This document shows, one piece after another, positions 1-12,800 of a DNA stretch of 64,000 bases. Where the stretch lies: NCBI GenBank assembly GCA_965285935.1, contig OZ260661.1, positions 34,534,001-34,598,000 on the forward strand, in the 5' to 3' direction. The translations under genes were made by a program, and so were the position numbers. Within the stretch, counting starts at the first letter, position 1. Every line of letters begins with the position of its first letter. Below the pieces are notes generated by a model. The model saw nothing but the letters and a program-made list of their open reading frames with translations. It ran no database searches and was not told the origin of the DNA. This DNA comes from Ophelia neglecta. Lineage: Eukaryota.

Positions 1-2284
1 TGTATCTCACCACACACTATTAGGATTATGACTTCATATTCCTCACATCATTTTTGAAGGGTTTGCCTCCTCTTAAGTAATAAACGTGCGCATCTTTAAC
101 TAAGCACCGACTTTATGACAGTTGTTTACAGGTAGAACTGTCATATTTGACTACTTTATGGTGTCCATTATATGAAAACCCCTTAATGAATCATATCATT
201 TCCTTCTCCGTTTACATGCCTCATAAATTATAAAGGGAAGTAGACGTCATAGTCATTCTAATATTTCTTGAATCTGGTTGAAATGAAGGGTTTCCGTTAT
301 AAAAACTCTCAGTCCATCCTACTTTGAGTTTGAAGACGGATATGAATGAAGCAGGTGACTATCATGTTGCAACGCTAGAAATGACGGAAACTAAATCGAA
401 CCTTATCTCGCTGCCAACTCAGAATACTTCAACCATAGAAATGTTTGCGAATCCTGCACATTCTGCATTAACATGTCTTTGAGATAAGCTCCTTTAATGG
501 CCCTAGTGGATATTCAGCTGCCAGCAAACTTTAGTGTATTGATATGACTTTAAATCATTCGCAAGATATAAGCACTGCGGTCTTTCCTTAGCATACTATC
601 AATTTCTAAAATAATTCAATCTTAAATATTATCATGCCTAGTGTGAATCACAGTCCATTAAGCATAGTGAAATGCACGTATAAGAAAGGCATAGTTACGT
701 GTTACCTAAGAGAATGTACAGACAATTGTGGAAGGTTCTTTGCTGGCTCAATTCGGTATCAGTCGAGGAACAGCAGAACGGGTTAAATTTGTCATTCAAG
801 CAGCTGCAGACCAATGACTGACTTGACTTTAATTATGTTGGCAAATCCACAATGCGTGGAATTGTGTATCTTTGATGTTTTATCCACTATTTATCTTTAC
901 AACCGGTTCGCTGTAAACAAGTAAACTCTCAACCAAAATAATAAAAGTTATAGAATAAATAATGGACTGTGAGAAATGGACTAACGGAATGTTATTATTT
1001 TTTACTATACTAAAAACATACAAAGACAACATATTTACTTATATCGTCTGTCCATGCATATCAGAAATATCTTCTGTCCCTGCATATCAATGTAATTTCT
1101 TATAAATAGCACTCTTATCATTCCTATGAGACATTATCTTACTAATGTCAACGACATTCCACCAATCAGAATAATCAATTTCTTCCTCTCTCTTCTTATA
1201 TCTTTCTGTATACAATTTCTATCCCATGAGATATAACATTTACTTGGTTCTTTAGGGAAAATGTTTCTTTAAGGTTCCCCCATTAGTGGTGCACTGGTAT
1301 GAATAATTGTATCTCCGGTTTTGATTTGCATGCACTAGAATGGATTAAAACAATGGACCACAAAACTATGGTAACATACAATATGTGAGCACTTCACACT
1401 TCTCTGGTTCATGTGGTAATCAATGGCTTCCGCTATTAATTCCGATTCCGATCCAATGCTTCCCAAACGGAAGAAGCTGGGGAATCTGTAACAATGGTAA
1501 AGCGGAAAGACAAAATACCAATTTCAATCTGTCATTTATGTAGAGATATTGACACCAATGATAAGTTTGTGAGCTTTGCACGTTTCCCAGAAATAAATCT
1601 CTCAGATAAGCTCCATTTAATTTCTTGGGTATTTCCATTTGAAGCATTGGTAGGTTTAAGGACGTGAATTTAGCTTTAATCAATAGTTCCTGATTAGGCA
1701 ATAAGAACGCACATGTAGAAGTCTTATTTCTAGTGAAGCTTTCCACCTGTTATGTTAATGGTAAGAGGTTATTTTGCTATGCTTACCAATTGGTTAAAAC
1801 AACTTATATGGTTGAGTTTAGACAGGCACATGCCTTTAACTACCGGGTTTACTAAAATATGCATATTACCATAGATTTCAATTTCGTTTGATTTAATTGT
1901 TTTCTGGCGTATAGTTACACCAATTGCCATGTTATTGCGTCAGTATTCCAGTACTGGAATGGCACACCGATCCACCTGTCTACAAAAATACATAAAGGAT
2001 TCCAGCACAAACAGTCATGTGTTCAAAAGCCAGTAAATTAATGCACAGTTCATTATGACCCAGAAGTCGGTAGAAGCATGCTACCAAGACATCTTCGATT
2101 GGTGCCCTAAAAGCTAATTGAATCAATCTAAATATGTGCAGGTATTTTCATTGACATGTAGGCCAATGTGACCTGCATATATACATGTGTTCTATATATC
2201 TACTCTAGAATGCGTTTATCTTTATCATCCAATCAAATTGTTCAGTTTGGCTCATTACCGGAACAAAATGTTTATGGAAATATT

Positions 2285-2627
2285 TAATAGGACTATTGAT
2301 TAAAGGCGGATGTGCGGAGGGTATGGGTATTTCTGAGTGAAACGAAGCAAAATATCATGTCAGCAAGGCTAGGGTCGAAGGTTAATTTTTGTGTCTGGGA
2401 AAGGGTTCGGACAGGTTAACACAGGTCTTGTAAAATGTGCCCCGAAAAAATGCAGTATGAGATCATCTTCTTTTTTTATAATAGAGCACCATTTTAATTA
2501 TTCCAAATTATGCCTACGTGATTGAAAAGTGAGGCAGTGGCAGTAAAGGAAAGTTTACATCCACCCCACCCCCACCCCCAGCCCACCTTACCCATCGCCA
2601 CCAGGTATCAATAAGGAACGGTTCCTT
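2285..2627. mobile_element. Possible degenerate MITE
   Basis: G-rich left end, C-rich right end (CCACCCCACCCCCACCCCC) finishing in ATCAATAAGGAACGGTTCCTTA; only TATTGAT of the expected left inverted repeat is recognisable. Confidence 0.25.
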
Positions 2628-3737
2628 ATTTTTCTGGCTTTGGTACCATCAGCACCCAAACCCAGGCTCTTTGTTAAGTACAGTTGGCAAGTTTACCTAC
2701 TATGGCTAATTTGGCCCCAAACCGGCGGGTCTGCTTCCGGGAGACCTCCGAGCCTTCACGTTAGATAAATACGTCTTAAGATATTCTCAATGTGAAGCGG
2801 ATTAAACCATATTATCTTTTAAACTTACTATTAATACCTGGGGCGTATAATACCTAGTAGCAAAGCCTCAAAGAATGATAGTCAGTGCTTGAGGCACATA
2901 TGCTTATTGCAACAAAGTAAGACGTTCGACTGCATCACTATATTTTTAACCAAAATTACCTGAATTTTTGTCTTGAGGTTAATTTAGTTCTTACAAAATT
3001 ATCGAGTCGCTGTTCAATCCAGCAATTTCTGTTACACATAGCGATGCCTAAGCATCTTGACGAACTATTTTGTAAAGATGATATTCTTTGTAGAATTCTG
3101 TATAATTTGTAACGGTTATTTGGTCAATGTATTTTCTTCTTACTTCCCGTTAATATTACTGTCCTAGTATCAGTACCGAGGCTACAAAAGCGTATTCTCA
3201 ATCAAATGCCGACCGAACAATTATATTTTCCTAGGGTTTATTGTCGAGTTTGGTACGTATGGAGGTAATCGGCTGCTGCCTGGCCGTTACAAGGTGCTCT
3301 TTAAGAGTGGTCAATGAGTCTCATTCCTTGTCAAGATGGAATTGATTACAGTAGACACCATACATAGTAAGACGCTAGGCAAACTAGTTGAAAATACAAA
3401 ACTAAAGGTTGAAAAATAACTGAAATTTAATTCATAAATAAAAATCTTAAAAAAGATTTGTAGCAATTCATCAGAATAAAATTAGCAACAAGTCTTATCC
3501 AAAATTGTGGACGGCATCATAAAAATATAGAGTGGATAGCAGGAAAGACCGGGATATAATCAAATGGTTTTACGTTCGATTTTTCATTCATCTATTAAAC
3601 ACACTGAACAACAGACATGACTCGATACAGTGGCAAAACATGGCGTGTCGTTTTGATGCATATACACCTGTCTTTTGATTTAAGTTATTAAAGTTTTATA
3701 AATGCCTCCGAAAGGAGTATTTTACTCTTTTTATATC

Positions 3738-3922
3738 TACAATGAAACCTGTCTTTGTGGTTACCTGTGTAATAAGGGCACCTGCCCAATAAAGGTCACT
3801 AAATAATTTGTCTGATCCCTACAAATGCCTGTGTTAAATGACCTGCCTATTAAGGTCACCTGTGTGTTGTGGTCAGTTTTTTCCAGTCCCTTGACTGACC
3901 TGCTTAGACAGGTTTCATTGTA
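3738..3922. mobile_element. Non-autonomous MITE (Tc1/mariner-pogo type), 181 bp plus TA target-site duplication
   Basis: Perfect 15-bp terminal inverted repeats CAATGAAACCTGTCT (3740-3754) and AGACAGGTTTCATTG (3906-3920), each flanked by TA; internal ACCTG sub-repeats; no ORF. Confidence 0.85.
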
Positions 3923-6900
3923 TTAACAGATTTAATGTTTTTTACTTCCTCATATTGCATCTAAACCGGCTTTTGTTTGCTGTTGGGCGACTAGGCCAGT
4001 TGTTTTGATATTGGTAAACTGAATAACAACCTAGGACACACTTTCCTCACGATCCCAGTTATTGAACGCGATATAAGACACGTATTATCGTGCATCAAAA
4101 ATTAACGTCGAAGAAATTCCGGCCTAGGTGTTGGTTGAGCGACAACACCTGTTGTCTGGACTGTTTTTCGAGAATTACATGTAAAGCTCTTATTGTCGAT
4201 TTCTGCGACATATGTTACTGATAGTTCGCCTCGCATCAGACGGCGAGACTCCTGTTGATTGATGCAGGATGAATCGTCCTAAATTATCAACCAGACCTTT
4301 CCCTGTAGCTGTTGTCGAAGTCCCATGTGTCCCACAATACAACACGGCAATGTGTTGGACATGTGTGGCGTGCATATTTCTACTTTTATGTGGCAACAAA
4401 GGACGCAGTTTGTTGCCAGATTATTCATGAAAAACCACAAACACAATCATTTGAAGTTTCATATAAGGTTATATTGTTCACACCAAAATAAAACATTCCA
4501 AAAGGTGATAAACCAACCAACTCTCTGACACAAATAGTTCTATCCTGAACAATATACATGTAAATGTACATATTGGTTAGGTTTAACGTAAAAACAATAG
4601 AAGTTTATATTATAATTTTAAAGCAGTTTGTGTCCGGGGTCTGAGGTTGGAATATATTCAACACCTACATTCAGTGGTGAAATGCGCCTGATCTTTTAAG
4701 AACAGACTCTCCACCAATCTACCATCATTGTCGTTATTTGCCATCGCCCGTCGGCATACTGTAACGGCGCTTTACCCGCAATGAGTATCAGTTGCTCATT
4801 GTATCTTCTTCAATTTAAGCCACTAATATTTTTCATTCTGCGTCTATTTACGGCGTGCATTGTTTATATTGAGAGGTAGTAATTAGTAACAGAAATGCGC
4901 TGTTTAAGTTATAGAATACTGTTACATGAAAAGAGATTAGACGCGTCTTGAAATTGGTATTTGATATCTGATTAAAATATTTGTGTCCCTTCTTATCAGG
5001 AACTTATGAGCCTTATTCTTATTTCGTCCTTTCTTCAAACCCTTTCAATTGAATTTTTACGATATTGTATTTCTTGTTAATTTTGCTTGTTGTGTTGAGG
5101 CTATCAGTTTTTGTCGATTGAATTTCCCAGCGAGTTGTTGATTGCCCTTTTCCCTCGGAATGGTTATCATGAGAATTGGCTACGGTCGAGATTGGTTTCT
5201 ACTTACTTCTTTCTCTGAAACCCGAAATCCATCTAAAGAATGGTCTTTTTTTTAAAAATACAAACACAGAGGAACACTAGCTAAAGTGTTACTTCGATGT
5301 TTACTTCCATGTTTGATATTTGATAGAATTGACGTATGTGGTAAATGGTTTCATATTAAATCGAAGATAAGCCATCATTTTTCAGGTAGCTTATCGATAT
5401 CGTACAACCACTGTAACATTAACTGTTAACATTGGGCGTTGTATTCGGTAACACACCAATGGAGTTATTGCAGCTTGATCTAATTAATGTATTTGGTCGT
5501 TCCCAATGCAAGCATAGCTCATCATTCGGATGCCTTGATTCGATGCAGCTGTGTTATTGGTAGATATATATGCTGTCTTGGACCGTATCAAAGGACAATG
5601 GATGCCCAGGTAAAACTGGATGGATTCGATTCTTCAAAGTAGCCCCTTGCATAGTCAAGAGGATTTCGACTAGGACAAAAGTTAGGAGGCATTGTGTGTG
5701 TTCTCTCTCCTCTGAAAACCAACATTGGTGCAAAGTATTCGTTTGGGACAGATATTATGCTGGGTACATCTAAAGTTGCTTGAAGTAGCTTCATAAAGCG
5801 ACAAAACTGTGCTACTTGATACTGTATCTAATGTGCTCGTCGCTATGAACTGCTGAGCAATACATCGCCTTTAATCTCATGGTTTCTGAAAACTAAGCCA
5901 CAAAAAAGTCAAATGCCAAGGACTGCTTATTCATGTGGCTCTTTCTACAGTGACGTCATCAAAAACACTAAATACAACGGCGTGGTGACTGCCTCCAGTT
6001 TATAGGAGGATATTCTGTGTGTGTAAATCATCTTGTCGATTGAATAATGTGTTTCTATCGTGTTACAGAACACATTCAACTGCCATATATTGACGTCAAA
6101 TCTTGTTTAAGATGTAAGCCACCAGCAGAATATCACTTGGAACACTTGCCAATTTGGAAGGTTATAGAATATTCAATATGCTAAACTGAATATGTCTGAT
6201 ATGACAGTATCGGCCGGCTCCTGTTGGAATTCTAAGTGCTTCTGCTATTTATATTCGTCTTGGGCTAATTGATCGACCTCATCCTAAACCAGCGCCAAAA
6301 CCTGCTGTTCCAGGAAACACCTGTCAGCTGAGCTATGATTAAAACATATTAGAAATGGTGACGGTAAACCCGGTAGTCAGAGCAACATTGATGACCCAGT
6401 TTAATTGATTAGTTCGGTACAAAATCACCCGGAACCGCCAGCTGCCAGCACACACACAACAACCCGCACTTCTTCTGCTATAATGAGTAAATGAATTAAC
6501 AATATTAAATTTCCAATAAACAAAAGTTTTCCACGATGATGAATCAGATCACCCAAAATTTACAAACTACTAAGAAATAAATTTAAAACCTGTAAAAGGA
6601 AAAATAGTCATACATTATCATCAGTCGCAAGGTGAAGCTGCCAACAAATATGTTCGAGCATTGAAAAATAAATCTTGCATATCTGGCAATACGCAAAAAT
6701 CGATAACCATGTTTAGACTGTAGGTGACGTCTCTGTCTCATTGGATAACCGCTAGATACATGTTTGATTGCTGTCTTTGCTATTAATCTCAGCTGTACGA
6801 CAATTAAAGACATGTATTCAGAACATTAATAATCATACTGTGATTCAAGAGCTGTTTAAAATGCATTGGCCTATCAAAGGCTTCCAAGAGGTAAAGAAAA

Positions 6901-7079
6901 TAGTCAATACTGTATAGCTTCGAGGAAATTATTTCCATACTGTGATATTATTGAACATTATAATTGGCACTAATTTGCGTGACCATTTCGCGTTGCCTCA
7001 ATTTCGATTACAGGAGTTTGGCCGATAGAAACTGTTCAATCAGTCTTGCTGCGGAATGAGTGTGTAAATGAGTTGAGCG

Positions 7080-7140
7080 GCGTGGAGCGAGACGAAAAAG
7101 CGTGGAACGAGATGAAAAGTCGAGGAGCGACTTAAAACGG
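7080..7140. repeat. Degenerate ~20-bp tandem repeat, about 3 copies
   Basis: GCGTGGAGCGAGACGAAAAA / GCGTGGAACGAGATGAAAA / GTCGAGGAGCGACTTAAAA. Confidence 0.6.
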
Positions 7141-9169
7141 CTTGGACAAGAAAAGGGGTAAATTCATCAAAGGCTACAAGAAGGGAAAAATAATCTACCA
7201 CGTAAAATACTCTAGTGCTACCATCAACAAAATGCTATGCAGCATAACGATAAAATGATTCAACTTAGATTTGGTGTTTCGTTTCAACGAAATTATTTCC
7301 TTCACAAGATTTAAAATTTAAGGGAATAAGTGCAATTGTATGCAAATAGGCCGAGGCCAAATTAACATTATGTTTATGAACATTTTTTGTTTTACTTATT
7401 CGGAGGTGTTTATAGTCACATTTTTCTATTGTTCAAATTTTAATACCATTTTAATGGAACTCATTGTTGATTCACCACTGCTGGTTAATTTGAATATGAG
7501 CAATATGTGGAAAAATATGTTAACTTTATTGGCGAGTTACTATATGAGCGATTTGCCAAAGGCTAGATAACGTAATTTACAGAAGGTTCAGCTTAAATGT
7601 GCGTGCAAAAGGTATGTAAGTATATAGGAACTTGGTATTGATCCTGGTTCCAAATGGTCCGGACACACCGAAACGTATGGGATTCTGAACGTTTCGCGAT
7701 TAACATTCGTCGCATTGGGTTTGGATCCTAGCTGGATTCTTGATGTCTGTACGAATGTTCTTGCCATTCTTGAGGACATTCGGCTATTTCAATTTTTTTG
7801 AAAATGTTAAAAACAATTTTCTGCAGCTCACGAGCTGTAGACTAAGAAGAAGCGGCCTGTTCGGAAACGATCATGACAGCATTCTATCCTACTGAGGGCA
7901 TTCGATTCATTGTGTTTGATCGAAATTAAGCAACAACTCCATGAAAAGGTATAATATCTGTTGTATTTTCAGCAACATAATGTGAAAAACCTGAACCTTA
8001 AAAGTTGGTATATTGAATTATAGTCAATACAATTGAATGCATTGTCATTGTCAATATTTGTCAACGAATCCAGTACTTCTCCTTACAAATGTGTCCCGTT
8101 TATTGACTGATTTGCGTCGTTGCAACCATATTTTGAATGATGGTTATGTCATGTTGTTCCTGCCCCGTTGAATTTAGGCGACACACATTGATGTACCCTT
8201 TAGCCCAATTCACACTATAACCTTTGGTGGGCTTGTCTCCTGGCAAATGTAAAGTCATCGGGAGCTTCCGCATCATAAGAACCATGTGTTCGCTTGACAA
8301 TCCTTTCATAGGTTTAATAGAATGGAGCTGCACCGACAGGATTACAGGATTCAGCTGAGACTTGTGTTAGAAATGGGAAACTTCCCTCGCCGGCGCAGCA
8401 TTCCAACTGGTTAACCTCCCGTCCAGATAACGTCATCAGCCACCATATCCTAGGGAGTAAAGCTGTATTTCGCCTCAATGATCAGGAGTACACGTGGAAT
8501 ATCCATGTATAAAAATGAGCACTTGAATAGGGCATTGATGTATTCATCAGATCTTAAAAACCCTTTTTGTAGTTGTTTAATTCAACAAGAAATCTCATAA
8601 TGGAAATAAACCACTTTACCTTTCCCATAAACTATGGCTGTCTTTCACATAGTCCGGAAATGATGGATTGCCGGTTTGTTTATGATATTCCAGTTCAGAC
8701 ATTTAATGGAGTGTTGGATTACTAGCGTATTCGGTAAAATATACTGCGTCGATTCAATTTTCATGTGATTCACAAGCAAGTTTTTGGAAAAGTTGGCCTC
8801 AACAGCATACTTTTTTGTTATTTATACCACACTGTATTGGTTTCCCTTGATGCGAATGATCCTGTATAGTGCTGAACAATTCTGATCGTGGGCGCGTCGT
8901 GATTGTTTAATATTAGGCCAGGTAAGCAAGGGGCAAACTGGTTTATAAAATTAGGAATGAATGATAGGTGTAGGCATTACTGAGCAAAGAGGTTATTCGG
9001 TATGTTTTCTTTCTTAACTAAGTCGGACAATGGTCCATCAAACAACGCATTACTCTATTAAGCAATATTTAGTATTTTGTATTCGATAGGATATTTTGCA
9101 TCCAAATGTCTCCGAAAGCGCATTTCATTGTGCTCATTGACGCTCCTATGATCGTCTTCCTCGGGACCC

Positions 9170-9830
9170 GGAAGGGCGGCCATTTGCACAATGAACAATG
9201 TCAACATGTGAATGAACTGTATGAATAATAGAGATGAACAAATGCAAATCTCCAGTTTAGGAGAAACTGTTTATCGGAAGCAAAGAAAAGAATATTAGGT
9301 TTAAAAATGGCCACCATCTTGATTTCCAATATGTTTGCCATTTTATGATTGTTATATTTGAATTTCTTGGTCATAGAAACAGGCGTTCTCAACATACCCA
9401 GCCATTTTCTGTCACTCCTGAGGTAATTTATCGGAAAAATGAATTGGAAATGGTGGCCATTTTGTTTTGCAGAGGCCCCCAACTAGACAGATTTCCGGTT
9501 GACCATAGTCGAAATGTGTTCAGGGCACCATGGGGTACGTTTCCGCCAAGTTTAATCAAACTTTTATCACCAAAGAGCATGTTTCTTTGGTCATGAAACG
9601 GGTTCCCTAAGTCACCCATGGCTACAGGATAAAATTGCCTAATCATTATGGCCATGGTATGTTTAGGCACAGGGCCACATCAGGACATTTTTCGCCTTAT
9701 GGTCATTGGGTTGTTTTCCAGGGCATTCTAGTACTCATATGTGCAGAGGTTCATCAAGGGTTTCTTCAAAAAAAGCATGATATTTGCTCTATTCCCCCGA
9801 CATTAACATTCTTAGTTAACGGCTTTATCG
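9170..9830. repeat. Probable interspersed non-autonomous repeat rich in GCCATTTT/AAAATGGC motifs
   Basis: GGCGGCCATTTG (~9176), AAAATGGCCACCATCTTG (~9304), GCCATTTT (~9337, ~9401), AAATGGTGGCCATTTTG (~9448). Boundaries approximate. Confidence 0.4.
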
Positions 9831-12800
9831 TTTTTTGCCTTATGGACAAAACATTGACTGGCGATTATATAGGAAAATTGTCCAGGTTGTAAAATGTAGG
9901 TAAATGGGAATACGGTTTTCATGTATCGTCTGCTAAGAACAGGTGACGTTTGACAATGTAAGTGTTTACAACTGATCAGAGTGGCTATGTCTGTCTATAA
10001 ATCTGATATCATATGCTTGGCTAAGGTAGGGTATTAAATACATATAAACTGTAATGTACAGTTAAAAGAATCAGTCAACAACTTACGTGCACACAAATGT
10101 ATAATTGCAATTAGTATGGATGGATTAAACAGAACAAATCAATAATTCAATATAAAATGAAAAAGTGTCTTTTCCCACAAATGGTTTTGAAAAACCAACT
10201 TAAGCGACGTTATTTTTCAGATATTGAAAGCCTATCATGGTATTGTGGTAAATACAACTTCGTTTTATATTTACTCCATAAATACATGACTGATAAAACT
10301 ATGATGGATCTTTAATGTTGGAGGGGAAACTGGCACATTGTGTTGTACTTTGCAATCAAATATTTAAACGAGTAACGCTGTTACTAAAAGCAGGGTTGTT
10401 TATGTGTCGCTTGATCTTTGTCGAGGTAGCATGGCCGGAAATTTATTTACCACTGACCTTTAGGGCCTTAGTAAAACAGGCCATTTCCTCTACCACCATT
10501 TTTTGTTCCTGTTGCATGGCAATGCATTCAGCCCTCGCGGCAAGATGAACAATGATTTGATCACCTGAACTAAATTGGACCAGCCATTGCGTCGCGAACG
10601 TTATTATCCGGATATTATCACCCACGTCTTTGCTCGTTAGGTCAGTTGACAGAATGCTGAAAATAATTTGGTAAGAGGAAGTACAATATATCTTATGCTT
10701 ATTTGATCGCATTGTGCGTCAATGAAATGACCACGTGTCAGAGCATTCGCCCGTGACAATATAACTTGATCGGCAATGTTGATAACGATTGAAAATACAA
10801 AATATATTGCTGTTATTGGCATAAATTATGAAGTAGCAAATAAAGTGTAAGTCTTATTAGTCTTATTAGCAGTCTCACAAACTAAATGTTTTAAATGTTC
10901 TAACTCTTTACTTGGAGAATATTGATGCATTACGGCAGCGTCCTTAGCCCACAAAGATATAATTACAGCATTACCCTGACAGTTTTTTTTTATACATCTT
11001 AAGTTAACTATAAGAGGCCCACGAGAACTAAACTATTGTAATGTAATAGTTTTAATGCATAGTGTGGACGTAAGGATACATGATACAGCAAGTGAGCAAT
11101 AAATCCTACTTCAAACACCAGTCGTTTTTATTTGAGTTGGCTATTTTTTGCAAAATAGGACTATCATTGCTGTCCGTTTAGTCCATGGTGTACGCAGAAA
11201 AGGAAATCTAAAAAAATCGTTGTCTCTTAAATCGGGCCGAAACTGAAAGGAACCGACAGCTGGCGGTATATGAGCAAGTACACAAAACCTTTGTCAAAAT
11301 TTGGAAGTATGCTCATTCTAATTATAATCAGATTCATAGAGAATGAAAACCTGATAATGTAACATTTTTCTGCTTGTTCCATGTGAAATGTCCGATATCG
11401 TCAAATAATCCATAAACATATCCGCACGCATTATTTATTCTATTTGTGTACCATACGTCAAATTTGTATTTCATAAACAATATATTTATTCCAGGCTGAC
11501 TGGTACTAATAAATACATTTCGAAAGAATCGAGCCATTACCAATCCATACATGTATAAAAATTCAACAATTTCAAATCCAAAGGTTAAATTAATAAAAAA
11601 AAAGCCGAGACCTTGGTGTAAAAGCGGTCTCCTCCAATGCCAATAAGCTAACAGTCCTAAATGATAAAAGCTGATGTCAATGTTCAGAAGAGGGGTCGAA
11701 GTTGAAGAACCTCAAGCAAAAAAATTATATAGAATCAACGACTTTAGGCCGATTAATGCACAACTTAGAAATAATGTATCCTCTCCGTTTTTAACGGCAA
11801 GGCACACGTTGTCATATTACAGGCTTACATCTGTGTCGGTATTGAATAATGGTACCTTAATAGTAGGGACATATGAGAAACTGTGAACAAATGCATAACG
11901 AGTCCTGTATTGACTCAAATATGGCGAAACATATACTGAAAAAGTAAATTTTATACCTAACTGGTAAGATGTAAAATCGACGTTTCCTGAAGACTATTGG
12001 TGAATTCCAGAGACTGTTACGCAGGGCACATCTTTCAGATATAACGCTCTATCTAAAGCATTTATTCATAATTATAGAGATAGGCTATGTGAATGTGAGC
12101 AGCGGAATGTAATGACTGCTCTGGGTTTCCAAGAGAAAACGAAATCATGGCGAAGCATGCTTTTTGTTTTAGTTGATTCATCGATTTCCTTCACATTTAG
12201 TAATGTTCGGTAAATTCAGCGACCTAGAGGCCTGCATTAGTACCTTAGCCAAATATCCTGAAAGAGGGCTACAGCTTGTATTTCAAGTTACAATTGATGA
12301 GTGTGCTGGTATTTATTTATTTATTCACGTCAATATAAATTGTCTTTGGAACAATTACTCGATGTATTTTTGTGCATATGCTTCATGTGTCTACATTCCT
12401 TGTGACAGCCAGATTGGATATATTCATTACATTCAGACGTGCCTAAATAGGACTGCGAAATACGGCATCTCGCTATCTTGAGAAAACCTTATGTTGTAAA
12501 TAAGGTATATAATTACATCTCACTTTGATGTGCCATTTTTGCTCTCAATATAATGGATACTAAATGACATCATTTGAATTTTATATCCGAAGGCCTTCAT
12601 ACGACGCCAAAACAGCATATTCCATCCAATGGCAAATTGATATACGATTAATATATTCTAGAATATCACATGTTCAAGGATCACTTTTTGCTTTTTCCGG
12701 GAACTTATAGTTAAATTTAATACATAAACCAAAATTATTAATAACACACAGTCAGTCAGTTAGTTTACAGTAATATAACTAACGTACCGAAAGTGTAAGC

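Noticed and set aside
4126-4150. AGGTGTTG...CAACACCT hairpin as a Helitron 3' end or terminator
   Set aside because: No correctly spaced CTRR terminus; isolated 8-bp stem.
7588-7779. THAP-like VCPDHLEP motif
   Set aside because: No N-terminal CxxxxC or conserved Trp/Phe; a single weak motif.
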